From the NCBI GenBank assembly GCA_033551855.1, contig JAWSUI010000043.1:1-33177 (forward strand): 33,177 nucleotides of DNA. The letters run 5' to 3'. Positions 16,590-26,123 of this stretch are shown here, one piece after another; the stretch's first letter is position 1; the number at the start of each line of letters is the position of its first letter. The notes under the pieces were generated by a model. The model was not told the origin of the DNA, made no database searches, and saw only the letters and a program-made list of their open reading frames with translations. This stretch comes from Deferrisomatales bacterium (GTDB lineage: Bacteria > Desulfobacterota > Deferrisomatia > Deferrisomatales > JACRMM01). The position numbers and the translations under genes are program-made.

Positions 16590-18974
16590 ATGGAGACGAC
16601 TCGCCGGAGCTTCCTCAAGACCGCCGGTGCCGGTGCTCTGGGGGCGTGGATGGTACCCTTGCTGCCTTGGAGGGCGCTGGCCCAGGAATCGATCCGGGCA
16701 CCCTTCGACCCCCGTCTCTCCAACCACTTCCTCTCGGTCTGCCGCCAGTGCCCCCAGGGATGCGGAGTCCTCGCCGAGGTGGTGGAGGGCCGGGTGAAGA
16801 AGCTCCGGGGCAACCCGTTGCACCCCAGCAACCGGGGGACGCTGTGCGCGCGAGGGGTGTCGGCCACTCAGCTCCTGTACAACCCGGACCGGATCCCGGG
16901 GCCGTTGCGGCGGGCAGGGGAGCGGGGGGAGGGCCGGTGGGAGCCCATCGGCTGGGATGAGGCCCTCGCCCTGGTGGCCGAGAGACTCACCGCGCTGCGG
17001 GGGGCCGGAAGGCCCGAGGGGTTCGCCGTTCTCGCGGAGCAGCTCGGGGGGCTCGAGGGCACCCTGGCCCGCCGGTTCTGCCGGGGGTACGGCACCGCGA
17101 ACCTCGTCGACCTCGGCCGGTACCCAGCCTCCGGCGGCGCCACCGCCGCCGCGGCGATGCAGGGGGTCCAGGGCCCGGTGGTCTTCGATCTCAAGAACGC
17201 CTCCTATCTCCTCTCCTTCAACGTCCCCTTCCTCGAGGCGTCACGGAACCCCATCCAGACCTGGCAGGGGTTCTCCGAGCTCCGGGCGGCCCGGGGCAGG
17301 CCGCGGGGGCGTTTCGTCCACTTCTCCCCGGCCCGAGACCTCACCGCCTCCAAGGCGGACCTGTGGGTCCCGATCCGGCCCGGCACCGAGGGGGCCGTGG
17401 CCCTGGGCCTGGCCCACGTGATGCTCCAGGAGGGACTCTACGACCACCCCTTCGTGCGGCACCGCTGCGACGGGTTCGCAGACGGGGCCGAGGGCGGCCG
17501 CGTGATCCCGGGTTTCCACCGCCACGTGCGCGAGCACTACCGGCCGGCCCAGGTGGCCGAGCTCTCGGGCGTCCCGGTGGAGAGGCTCGTAACCCTGGCC
17601 CGGGAGTTCGCGCTGGCCCAGGCCCCCCTTGCCCTGTGGCAGGACCAGTCAGGGGTGGCGTCCCAGCCCTTGGCCGTGCAGATGGCCGTGCACAGTCTCA
17701 ACGCGCTGGTGGGAAACATCGACGCCCCCGGGGGGGTCCTGGTGCCCCGGACCCTGCCCGACGACCTGCCGGGCCCCGTCGCGTCCGACGCGGCAGGCGC
17801 GGCCGGCCTCGCCCGGGGGCCGCTTGCGTCCCCGGAGCACTCGGGTTTCCTCCTGCCGGGGGCGGCGCCCTGGTCCTTCCCCGAGCGAGCCCTCGCGGGG
17901 AACCCCTATCCCCTGGAGGCCGTGCTCGTCTATCGGGCCAACCCGGTCTTCGACCAGCTCAACGGGGAGGCGTTCCGCGAGCTTCTCCGGAAGGTCCCCT
18001 TCTCCGCGTGCATCGCCGCGTTCCACAACGACACCACCGCGTGGTGCGACCTGGTGCTGCCGGAGAGCCACGCCCTGGAGAGCTGGTACGCCGGGGTGAA
18101 CCACACCGACGGGGGACACCCGTTCTTCAACCTGGCGGAACCCGTGTTGGCGCCCCGCCACGACACCCGGCACGCGGGGGATGTGTTCCTCGAGCTGGGT
18201 CGCCTCTGCGGCGGTCCCATGGCCGAGAGCCTGCCCTGGGCCCGGTTCCAGGACGCCGCGTTCACCTACCTCGGCCTGGTCAACGGCCTCCAGGCGGGTG
18301 ATCTCTTTGGCCTCCCCTACGAGGAGGTGTGGACCCGGCTCCTGGAGCGGATGGGGTGGAGAGCCCGCGCCCAGGTGACGGATGCCGAGTTCTGGAAACA
18401 GTGTCTGGGCGCGGGGGGGTGGTGGGACCCGATCTACTTCCACGGGGAGTGGGAGCGGTCACTCCCGACGCCGTCGGGTCGTTTCGAGCTCCGGCCCAGC
18501 GCCCTGGGGGGCGCCGAGGAGTCCCGGCGCCTGCCCCACCACCCGGAGCCCCCCGCCGGGGGCTCGCCGGACGACGCCTACCCCTTCCACCTGCTGGTGT
18601 ACGCCTATCCCCACCTCAGCCAGGTGGAGAGCTCGAACCAGCCGTGGCTGCAGGAGATCTCCGGGGAGCGGGCGCTGGACCACTGGGAGACCTGGCTCGA
18701 CATCCACCCCGGGGACGCCGAGCGCCTCCACCTCACGGACCGGGCCGGCGTGTGGGTCGAGTCCCGAAAGGGGAGGGTCCGGCTTCGGTGCCGGTTCGAC
18801 GAGGGGGTGCAGCCCGGCACGGTGCGCATCCCCTTCGGTCTCGGGCACGCGCACGGAGGCCGGTGGATGCGGGGGATCGGCGTCACGCCGGTCCAGCTCG
18901 TAGCCGAGGCGTTCGACCCGAGCGCCGGGACGCCCGACTGGCAGTCGACGCCCGTGCGGCTGCAGAGGGCTTAG
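16590..18974 (+). CDS. Tat-exported molybdopterin-oxidoreductase-family subunit (QrcB/ActB-like)
   Basis: Tat motif TRRSFLK; CRQCPQGC...LCARG FS0 motif; YNPDRI, IRPGTEGA, CDLVLPE; C-terminal IHPGDAERL..GTVRIPFGLGH. Confidence 0.85.
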   Translation: METTRRSFLKTAGAGALGAWMVPLLPWRALAQESIRAPFDPRLSNHFLSVCRQCPQGCGVLAEVVEGRVKKLRGNPLHPSNRGTLCARGVSATQLLYNPDRIPGPLRRAGERGEGRWEPIGWDEALALVAERLTALRGAGRPEGFAVLAEQLGGLEGTLARRFCRGYGTANLVDLGRYPASGGATAAAAMQGVQGPVVFDLKNASYLLSFNVPFLEASRNPIQTWQGFSELRAARGRPRGRFVHFSPARDLTASKADLWVPIRPGTEGAVALGLAHVMLQEGLYDHPFVRHRCDGFADGAEGGRVIPGFHRHVREHYRPAQVAELSGVPVERLVTLAREFALAQAPLALWQDQSGVASQPLAVQMAVHSLNALVGNIDAPGGVLVPRTLPDDLPGPVASDAAGAAGLARGPLASPEHSGFLLPGAAPWSFPERALAGNPYPLEAVLVYRANPVFDQLNGEAFRELLRKVPFSACIAAFHNDTTAWCDLVLPESHALESWYAGVNHTDGGHPFFNLAEPVLAPRHDTRHAGDVFLELGRLCGGPMAESLPWARFQDAAFTYLGLVNGLQAGDLFGLPYEEVWTRLLERMGWRARAQVTDAEFWKQCLGAGGWWDPIYFHGEWERSLPTPSGRFELRPSALGGAEESRRLPHHPEPPAGGSPDDAYPFHLLVYAYPHLSQVESSNQPWLQEISGERALDHWETWLDIHPGDAERLHLTDRAGVWVESRKGRVRLRCRFDEGVQPGTVRIPFGLGHAHGGRWMRGIGVTPVQLVAEAFDPSAGTPDWQSTPVRLQRA

Positions 18975-19010
18975 CAGGCTGCGGAACAGCAGCCTGCCAA
19001 GGAGGCAGTG

Positions 19011-19694
19011 ATGCCGAGATGGGGCATGGTGATCGACCTCGACCGCTGCACGGCCTGCCGGGCCTGCGTGGTTGGTTGCCAGCAGGAGAACAACATCGGC
19101 TTCGCCGGGCCGGAGCAGGCGGCGCTCGGGCGGGTCATCCACTGGATGGAGATGCTCACCATCGGAGAGGGGGAGTACCCGAACCAGCGCACCCACATCC
19201 TGCCGAGGCCGTGCCTGCACTGCGATCATCCCCCGTGCATCAAGGTCTGCCCCGTGAACGCGACCAACCGAAACCCCGAGGGGATCGTGGCCCAGATTCA
19301 CAGTCGGTGCATCGGCTGCCGGTACTGCACCGCGGCCTGCCCCTACACGGTCCGCTACTTCAACTGGTACGAGCCCTCCTGGCCCGGCGAGATGGCCCAC
19401 GCCCTCAACGACGAGGTCTCGGTGCGCCCGAAGGGGGTGGTCGAGAAGTGCACCTTCTGCCATCACCGGCTCGTCCGCGCCCGGGAGCAGGCCCGGATGG
19501 AGAACCGCACCATGCAGCCCGAGGAGTACCAGCCGGCGTGCGCGGAGATCTGCCCCACCCGGGCCATCTACTTCGGCGATCTCGACGACCCGACGAGCGA
19601 CGTGTCGGTGCTCTCTCGCAGCTCCAGGGCGCTCATGCTGCTGGAAGACCTGGGCACCGAGCCCAAGGTGATCTACCTGAAGGAAGGGGAGTGA
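19011..19694 (+). CDS. 4Fe-4S electron-transfer subunit (QrcC/NrfC/ActB2-like)
   Basis: WGMVIDLDRCTACRACVVGC, PCLHCDHPPCIKVCP, RCIGCRYCTAACPY, EKCTFCHHR, PACAEICP, GDLDDP; RBS AAGGAGG. Confidence 0.92.
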   Translation: MPRWGMVIDLDRCTACRACVVGCQQENNIGFAGPEQAALGRVIHWMEMLTIGEGEYPNQRTHILPRPCLHCDHPPCIKVCPVNATNRNPEGIVAQIHSRCIGCRYCTAACPYTVRYFNWYEPSWPGEMAHALNDEVSVRPKGVVEKCTFCHHRLVRAREQARMENRTMQPEEYQPACAEICPTRAIYFGDLDDPTSDVSVLSRSSRALMLLEDLGTEPKVIYLKEGE

Positions 19695-19695
19695 C

Positions 19696-21105
19696 GTGAG
19701 CTCGAGGCACGCACCAGACGCCCCCGGCCCCGATCCCAAGGATGTCCGCCCGAGGCCCGCCGACGAAGGGCTGGACGAGGTCCTCTTCCGGCCCGTGCTG
19801 GAGACGGGGCGGGGCTTCTACCTCACGGTGGCCGTCCTCTTGGCCCTCACCGGCCTGGGGGTGTACGCCTACGTCCACCAATACCGCTACGGCCTCGGGG
19901 TCACGGGGCTCAACAGGCCGGTGTACTGGGGCATCTACATCACCAACTTCGTCTTCTTCGTGGGGATCAGCCACGCCGGCACCCTCATCTCGGCCATCTT
20001 GAGGATCTCGAACGCGGAGTGGCGCCGCCCCATCACCCGGAGTGCCGAGGTCATCACCGTGATGGTGCTCTTCTTCGGTGTGGGGAGCATCCTGATCGAC
20101 CTGGGCCGGCCCGACCGCATGATCAACGTCATCAAGCACGGGCGGTTCGAGTCCCCGCTGCTCTGGGACGTCACGAGCATCAGCACCTATCTCACCGGCA
20201 GCCTCATCTACCTCTACCTGCCGCTGATTCCCGACGTGGCGCTCCTGCGCGACCGGGTCCGGGGAGCGTGGCACTGGTTCTATCGCATCCTGGCCCTGGG
20301 GTACACCGGCACCCCGCGCCAGAAGCACCTGCTCGAGCGGCTCATCGGCATCATGGCGGTCATCATCCTGCCCATCGCCGTCTCGGTGCACACGGTGGTC
20401 TCCTTCGTCTTCGCCATGACCGTGCAGCCCATGTGGCACAGCGCCATCTTCGGCCCCTACTTCGTGGCCGGGGCCATCTTCTCCGGCATCGCCGCCCTCA
20501 TCGTGGCCATGGCGGTGCTGCGCAAGGTCTACCACCTGGAGGACTATCTCAAGCCCATCCACTTCAACTACCTGGGCATCCTCCTCCTCGTCATGACCCT
20601 GCTCTGGTTCTACTTCACCTTCGCCGAGTTCCTCACCACCTGGTACGGCGCCGAGCCCACCCACATGGCCGTCTGGTGGGCGAAGGTGACGGGGCCGTAC
20701 GCGCCGCACTTCTGGACCATGTTCCTGACCTGCTTCGTCATCCCGATGATCTGCCTCGCGCCGCCGCGGTTCCGGACGATCACCGGCACCGTGATCGCGT
20801 CGATCTCGGTCAACATCGGCATGTGGCTCGAGCGCTTCCTCATCGTGGTCCCCACCCTGGCCAACCCTCGCCTGCCCTACGGGACCGGGACGTACTACGG
20901 GACGTGGGTCGAGTGGAGCATCCTGGTCGGGTGTCTGGCCGCTTTCGTGCTCCTCTACACCCTCTTCACCAAGCTCTTCCCGATCGTCGCCATCTGGGAG
21001 GTGCGCGAGGGGCGCGAGTCGGCCCTCCAGGAAGTCCACGACCGGGTGAAGGCCGCCCTGCCCGGGGAGGGTCGCCTCCCGCCGAAGGAGCCGGCGGAGG
21101 CGTAG
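19696..21105 (+). CDS. NrfD/PsrC-family integral membrane subunit (ActC/QrcD-like)
   Basis: WGIYITNFVFFVGISHAGTLISAILR, WRRPITRSAE, DLGRPDR, SPLLWD, WHSAIFGPYFVAGAIFSG, GMWLERF; many hydrophobic helices. Confidence 0.9.
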   Translation: MSSRHAPDAPGPDPKDVRPRPADEGLDEVLFRPVLETGRGFYLTVAVLLALTGLGVYAYVHQYRYGLGVTGLNRPVYWGIYITNFVFFVGISHAGTLISAILRISNAEWRRPITRSAEVITVMVLFFGVGSILIDLGRPDRMINVIKHGRFESPLLWDVTSISTYLTGSLIYLYLPLIPDVALLRDRVRGAWHWFYRILALGYTGTPRQKHLLERLIGIMAVIILPIAVSVHTVVSFVFAMTVQPMWHSAIFGPYFVAGAIFSGIAALIVAMAVLRKVYHLEDYLKPIHFNYLGILLLVMTLLWFYFTFAEFLTTWYGAEPTHMAVWWAKVTGPYAPHFWTMFLTCFVIPMICLAPPRFRTITGTVIASISVNIGMWLERFLIVVPTLANPRLPYGTGTYYGTWVEWSILVGCLAAFVLLYTLFTKLFPIVAIWEVREGRESALQEVHDRVKAALPGEGRLPPKEPAEA

Positions 21106-21205
21106 AACGCCCTGCGGGCGGTCGGACCCGCGGGTCGCACCGGAAGAGACCCGGGGACGTGGGAGTCGGCATCGGCAGGTCACGAGGGGGAACGGAGAGG
21201 GCACC

Positions 21206-22414
21206 ATGGGACGAAGCCGCTTCACAGCGTTGGGCGTGGCGGCCGGGCTTGCGCTCGGCATGGTCGCTGCCCCCGCCCTGTCTGCGGACGAGCAGGGCCT
21301 GGACATCCAACAGCTCCGCGAGGGCTGGAGATTGTTCAACGAGAGGCAGTGCACCGCCTGCCACGCGGTGTGGGGGGAGGGGCAGGCCCTGGGGCCGGAC
21401 CTGGGGCGCCTCGCCACCGAGTTCCTCTCGGCGGCCGAGCTGGCGGGCGTCATGTGGAACCACGCGCCGGACATGTGGAGCCGCATGATCTCCCGCGGCA
21501 TCCCGGTGGGTGACATCTCGGAAGAGGAGATGCAGTCCCTCTTCCTCTTCCTGTACTTCCTGCGCTTCATGGACGAGCCCGGCAACCCCGTGCGGGGCGA
21601 GGCGGTGGCCCACCGCAAGGGGTGCGTAGCCTGCCACGCGGTCGAGCCCGGCGAGCCCAGCGCAGGGCCGAGCTTCCGTGCCTTGGGGGGCGAGGTCAAC
21701 CCGGTGATCTGGGCCGGAAACCTGTGGAACCACGCCCCCGAGATGTACCGCGAGATGCGGCGTCAGGGCGTCTCCTGGCCCACGTTCGAGGACAACGAGA
21801 TGGTGGACCTCTTCGCCTACGTGCGCAGCGTCTCCGCCGCCGGCGAGCGGTCGTATCTGGAGCCCGGGGACGAGGGCCGGGGCCGGAGGGCGTTCGAGGA
21901 GCTCGGCTGTGCCGCGTGCCACGAGGGGCCGCGCCGCCCGGGCACGCCCCAGGTTCGGGACCTGGCCCGAAACCCGCGCACCGTGGGGCAGATGGCGGGC
22001 GCGCTTTGGAACCATGCCCCGGCCATGGCCGAGGCGGCGCGGTCGGCGGGCCTTCAGTGGTCCCCCATGGAGCCCCAGCAGATGGTGGACCTCATCGCCT
22101 ACTTCTTTTCCATGCGGTTCTACGAGGAGACCGGGGATCCGGTCCGGGGAGGCGCCGTGTTCACCGAGAAGCGCTGTGACCTCTGCCACGGGCCGGGAAA
22201 GGAGGCGGAGGACCTGCGTGATCCGGCCCAGGAGCTCACCGCCATCCGGATGGCACGATTCATGTGGCAGCACGGCGTGGAGATGCTCCACCGGATGGAG
22301 GAGCTCCAAATCCCTTGGCCGACGTTCGCCGGGGACGAGTTCGTGGACCTGCTGGCCTTCCTGAAGGGCGAGGGGGCCGCCCCCGGCCCCGCCGCTCCCC
22401 CTCCGTCCCAATGA
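21206..22414 (+). CDS. periplasmic tetraheme cytochrome c built of four tandem c-type domains
   Basis: Signal peptide; CTACH, CVACH, CAACH, CDLCH, each followed by WNHAP.M (fourth WQHG.EM). Confidence 0.85.
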   Translation: MGRSRFTALGVAAGLALGMVAAPALSADEQGLDIQQLREGWRLFNERQCTACHAVWGEGQALGPDLGRLATEFLSAAELAGVMWNHAPDMWSRMISRGIPVGDISEEEMQSLFLFLYFLRFMDEPGNPVRGEAVAHRKGCVACHAVEPGEPSAGPSFRALGGEVNPVIWAGNLWNHAPEMYREMRRQGVSWPTFEDNEMVDLFAYVRSVSAAGERSYLEPGDEGRGRRAFEELGCAACHEGPRRPGTPQVRDLARNPRTVGQMAGALWNHAPAMAEAARSAGLQWSPMEPQQMVDLIAYFFSMRFYEETGDPVRGGAVFTEKRCDLCHGPGKEAEDLRDPAQELTAIRMARFMWQHGVEMLHRMEELQIPWPTFAGDEFVDLLAFLKGEGAAPGPAAPPPSQ

Positions 22415-22525
22415 GAGCCCGGGGCTGGCGGCGGCGGCCCCATGGCGGCTATCATCATGGAGCAGAACGTCACCAGGACCGGGCCGCCGGAGAAGGCCCC
22501 GCAATTCCCGAAGAGGAGGTCTCCG

Positions 22526-23713
22526 ATGCGGTATCTAGGACTCGTCGCCGTGCTGGCGTTGCTGCTGCCCGCCCCCGCTGCCGCCACGCAGGACGCCGAG
22601 ATCGACTATTCGAAGCTTCGGATCGACACCGAGGGCTTCAACCCGGCGAGCCGCTGCGGGGAATGCCACATCGACATCTACAACCACTGGCGCGAGTCCA
22701 TGCACGCCAAGGCGATGACGGACCCCGCCTTCCTGGCAGCCTTCCGCGCGGAGCGGATCCAGTCCGACCCGGCCCTGCGGGCCCAGTGCCTGAGCTGCCA
22801 CGCCCCGACCCTGCACTATGACCCGAGGCTGTCCCTGAGCGACGAGGTGGTGCAGGAGGGGGTCGGCTGCGACTTCTGCCACTCCGTGCAGGGGCTCGAC
22901 CCGACCAACCCCGAGCGTCCCTTCCAGGTGGAGTGGGGCAAGCTCAAGCGGGGACCCCTCAAGGACACCGAGTCCCCGGTCCACGAGACGCGCCACCTCG
23001 AGCTCTTCACCAAAGCAGACTTCTGTGGCGTGTGCCACGAGATGTCCAACGCCAACGGGTTGCCCATCATCACGACGTATTCGGAGTGGAAGGAGGGGTA
23101 CTTCGGGAAGGAGGGCACGGCCCAGTGCCAGGAGTGCCACATGCCCCTGGCGGCCGGGTTCACGGTCTCCGAGCAGCACCGCAAGACCAAGCGGCGCATC
23201 AACCTCCACAGCTTCCCCGGGGGCCACTCCCGCTCCCAGCTCCTCGACGCACTGAGCCTGGAGATCCTCGAGGAGTCCAAGCTCTACGGGATCATGCGCG
23301 TCAAGCTCGGCCTCACCAACCGGGGCGCCGGCCACTCCGTTCCCACGGGGAACCCCCTGCGTCGCGTGATCGTCGACTTCAGCGCCTACAGCGCCCTGAA
23401 CCAGCTCATCTACAACGAGCAGGTGGACATCTCCCGGCGGTATGCCGACGACGAGGGCACGGAGCTCCTCACCGACGAGGGCGTCCTCCTCGACGCCACC
23501 CAGGTGCTCAAGGACAACCGGATCGCCCCGGGAGAGACCCGGGAGCTCGTGTTCGAGTTCGCGGCTCCCCACGAGCGACTCCTGGTCGACACCAAGGTCA
23601 TCTACGTCTACGACAACCCGGCGTTTCCCGACCTGGCCCGCGAGGAGAAGCTGATCAGCTTCACCCGGGTGGTGAATCGGGCGGCGGGGAGAGCCGGCGG
23701 CCCAGGGGAGTGA
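22526..23713 (+). CDS. periplasmic pentaheme cytochrome c (c-552/c554-like) with beta-rich C-terminal domain
   Basis: Signal peptide MRYLGLVAVLALLL; CGECH..IY..W..SMHA, CLSCH, GVGCDFCH, CGVCH, CQECHMP; GAGHSVPTG; RBS AGGAGG. Confidence 0.85.
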   Translation: MRYLGLVAVLALLLPAPAAATQDAEIDYSKLRIDTEGFNPASRCGECHIDIYNHWRESMHAKAMTDPAFLAAFRAERIQSDPALRAQCLSCHAPTLHYDPRLSLSDEVVQEGVGCDFCHSVQGLDPTNPERPFQVEWGKLKRGPLKDTESPVHETRHLELFTKADFCGVCHEMSNANGLPIITTYSEWKEGYFGKEGTAQCQECHMPLAAGFTVSEQHRKTKRRINLHSFPGGHSRSQLLDALSLEILEESKLYGIMRVKLGLTNRGAGHSVPTGNPLRRVIVDFSAYSALNQLIYNEQVDISRRYADDEGTELLTDEGVLLDATQVLKDNRIAPGETRELVFEFAAPHERLLVDTKVIYVYDNPAFPDLAREEKLISFTRVVNRAAGRAGGPGE

Positions 23714-23786
23714 CGGGCGCCGGACCCGCGCAGAGGCCTCCTGTTTCGGGTGGGCCCTGGACGGCGCAGGGACGTCCCGCCGTCGT

Positions 23787-23820
23787 GCGGCCGGGTGGGT
23801 CTCCCCACCCGGCCGCTTTC
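23787..23820 (+). terminator. putative intrinsic terminator after the cytochrome operon
   Basis: 13-bp perfect stem GCGGCCGGGTGGG-TCTC-CCCACCCGGCCGC followed by TTT. Confidence 0.5.
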
Positions 23821-23836
23821 CGAATGCCTTCCATTT

Positions 23837-24045
23837 GGTTCATCCGGGGAATGTCCGAGTACTCGTCTCCAGGGACGATCGGGTGGTCCCGACCACGTAG
23901 GCGGATGGCCGCTCGACGGGAGCAGCTGCTTCGGGAGCCGCAATATCGTGAGGATTCCGGATGCGGCGCGGGAGCGCTCCCACCGTGCAGCCCGGCATCG
24001 TCTGCCGGAGTGGGCGGGCCCACCCGGTCGAGTACCGGAGGAACC
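23837..24045 (-). mobile_element. 209-bp MITE-like element, copy 2
   Basis: Ends GGTTCATCCGG / CCGGAGGAACC; flanks TTCCATTT (23829-23836) and TTCTATTT (24046-24053), 7/8 direct repeat; about 87% identical to copy 3, no indels. Confidence 0.85.
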
Positions 24046-24047
24046 TT

Positions 24048-25964
24048 CTATTTCGGCTCTGCCCGACCTGCCCTCTCGGCCATGAGGTGGGCGACGGCCC
24101 GGGTGAAGGCTGCCGGGTCCCGCGGGCGGCCGCCCTCCAGGAGGAGGGCCTGGTCGTAGAGGAGCCCGGCGAATTCCGCGAGGAGAGGGTCCTCGGCGTC
24201 CGCCTCGAACCGGGCCTGCAAGGCCTTCAGGAGGCCGTGGGAGGGGTTCACCTCGAGGGTGCGCTTGCGGGCCGGCACGTCCCGGCCCAGTGCCTTGAGC
24301 ATCTTTTCCATCTGGGGGTCCAGATCCCCCACCTCCCCCACGAGGCACGCGGGGGAGTCGGTGAGCCGGCCCGAAACCCGGACGTCGGCCACCTCCTCGG
24401 CGAGCCGCTCCTTGAGGAACCCCAGGAGACCCCCGTAGGCCTTCGCCGCCTCCTCCTTCTCCGGCGCGCCGGGTCCGAGGTCGAGCTCCCCCTTGAGAGC
24501 CGAGCACAGGGGCTTCTCCCGGTAGGCGCCGAGCTCGGAGAGGAGCAGATCGTCCACCGCGTCGGTGGCCAGGAGCACCTCGTACCCCTTGGCCCGGAAG
24601 GCCTCCAGGTGGGGCGAGGCGGCCGCCTCCCGCCGGGAGGGGCCGGTCAGGTAGTAGATCTCCTTCTGCCCCTCGGGCATCCGGTCCACGTAGTCGGCCA
24701 GGGTCGTCGTCTGCCCCTCGGCGGTGGCGGTGGATTCGAAGAGCAGGAGGTCGGCGACCGCCTCCCGCCGCTCGGGGTCGAAGTGGATCCCCTCCTTGAG
24801 CACCCGGCCGAGCTCCCGATAGAAGGCCCGGTACTCGTCCGGCTGCTCCTTCTTCATCTCCTCCAGGGCCTCCAAGACCTTCTTGGTCACGCTCTTGCGG
24901 ATCACCTCCACTTGGCGGTTCTTCTGGAGGAGCTCCCGGGAGACGTTGAGGGGAAGGTCGGAGGACTCCACGACCCCCCTCACGAAGCGCAAATAGGGCG
25001 GCACCAACTCCTCACAGTGATCCATGATCTGCACCCGGCGCACGTAGAGCGTCGGCCCGGCCTTGTAGTCCTTGGAGAACAGGTTCCAGGTCGCGGCCTT
25101 GGGAAGATAGAGGAGCGCCGAGAACTCGGTGGTCCCCTCGCCGCGGTAGTGGATCACGTTGGCCGGCTCCCCGAAGTCGTGGGAGACGTGCCGGTAGAAC
25201 TCCGTGTACTCCTCTTCCGAGACCTCGGCCTTGGGCTTCAGCCACAGGGCCTTGCGGGAGTTGAGGATTTCCTCTTCCTCCACCTCCACGAGCTCCTTGG
25301 GGTCCACCGTGCCGGGCTTCTTGCGGGTTACCCGCAGGGAGATCGGGTACTCGATGAAGTCCGAGTAGCGCTTCACGATCGCCCGAAGCTCCCACTCCTC
25401 CAGGTAGGCCCGCTCCTCCTCCTCGAGGGTCAACACCACGTCGGTGCCCGGGGTGGGCTTTTCCGCTTCCTCCACCGTGAAGGTGCCGTCCGCGGCGGAG
25501 CGCCACAGGGTGGCCGCCTCGGGGGGCGCGCCGGCCCGCCGGGTCAGCACCGTCACTTCCCGGGCCACCATGAAGGACGAGTAGAACCCCACGCCGAACT
25601 GGCCGATGAGCTCGGGGTGTTCCTTCGCCTCGCGATTCTCCAGGAGCTTGAGGAACTCCTTCGTCCCCGAGTGGGCGATGGTGCCCAAGGCCTCCACCAC
25701 CTCGTCCCGGGTCATCCCGATGCCATTGTCCCGCACGGTCAGGGTCCCCGCGGCCTTGTCGGGGACGAGCTCGATCTTCCACTCCCCCGCCCCCTCGTAC
25801 CGCTTCTCGTCGGTCAGCGCCTCGTAGCGGGCCTTGTCCAGGGCGTCGGACGCGTTGGAGATGAGCTCCCTCAGGAAGATCTCCTTGTGGGAGTACAGGG
25901 AGTGGATCATGAGGTCGAGGAGCTTCTGGACCTCGGTCTTGAACGTCAGGGTCTCGGTGGTCAT
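24048..25964 (-). CDS. htpG: molecular chaperone HtpG (Hsp90)
   Basis: SLYSHKEIFLRELISNASDALDK, DNGIGM, IGQFGVGFYS, YLRFVRGVVESSDLPLNVSRE, LEVNPSH; start MTTETLTFK. Confidence 0.96.
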   Translation of the reverse strand: MTTETLTFKTEVQKLLDLMIHSLYSHKEIFLRELISNASDALDKARYEALTDEKRYEGAGEWKIELVPDKAAGTLTVRDNGIGMTRDEVVEALGTIAHSGTKEFLKLLENREAKEHPELIGQFGVGFYSSFMVAREVTVLTRRAGAPPEAATLWRSAADGTFTVEEAEKPTPGTDVVLTLEEEERAYLEEWELRAIVKRYSDFIEYPISLRVTRKKPGTVDPKELVEVEEEEILNSRKALWLKPKAEVSEEEYTEFYRHVSHDFGEPANVIHYRGEGTTEFSALLYLPKAATWNLFSKDYKAGPTLYVRRVQIMDHCEELVPPYLRFVRGVVESSDLPLNVSRELLQKNRQVEVIRKSVTKKVLEALEEMKKEQPDEYRAFYRELGRVLKEGIHFDPERREAVADLLLFESTATAEGQTTTLADYVDRMPEGQKEIYYLTGPSRREAAASPHLEAFRAKGYEVLLATDAVDDLLLSELGAYREKPLCSALKGELDLGPGAPEKEEAAKAYGGLLGFLKERLAEEVADVRVSGRLTDSPACLVGEVGDLDPQMEKMLKALGRDVPARKRTLEVNPSHGLLKALQARFEADAEDPLLAEFAGLLYDQALLLEGGRPRDPAAFTRAVAHLMAERAGRAEPK

Positions 25965-26123
25965 CGGCGCCTCACGTCTGCACGGGTTCGGGTTGAGGTG
26001 AACGGGGCGCCAAGGTAAGCAGCCCGGCAGCGCGGCGCAACCCCGAGGACGAGATCTTCCCCGCCCCGGGCCGCCGCCCGGGGCGGGAGCCCCCGCTTTC
26101 CCGGATCCACCACCGGTTTGTCG

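Noticed and set aside
25965..26123. CIRCE or other heat-shock element upstream of htpG
   Set aside because: No TTAGCACTC-N9-GAGTGCTAA or clear sigma32 motif seen.
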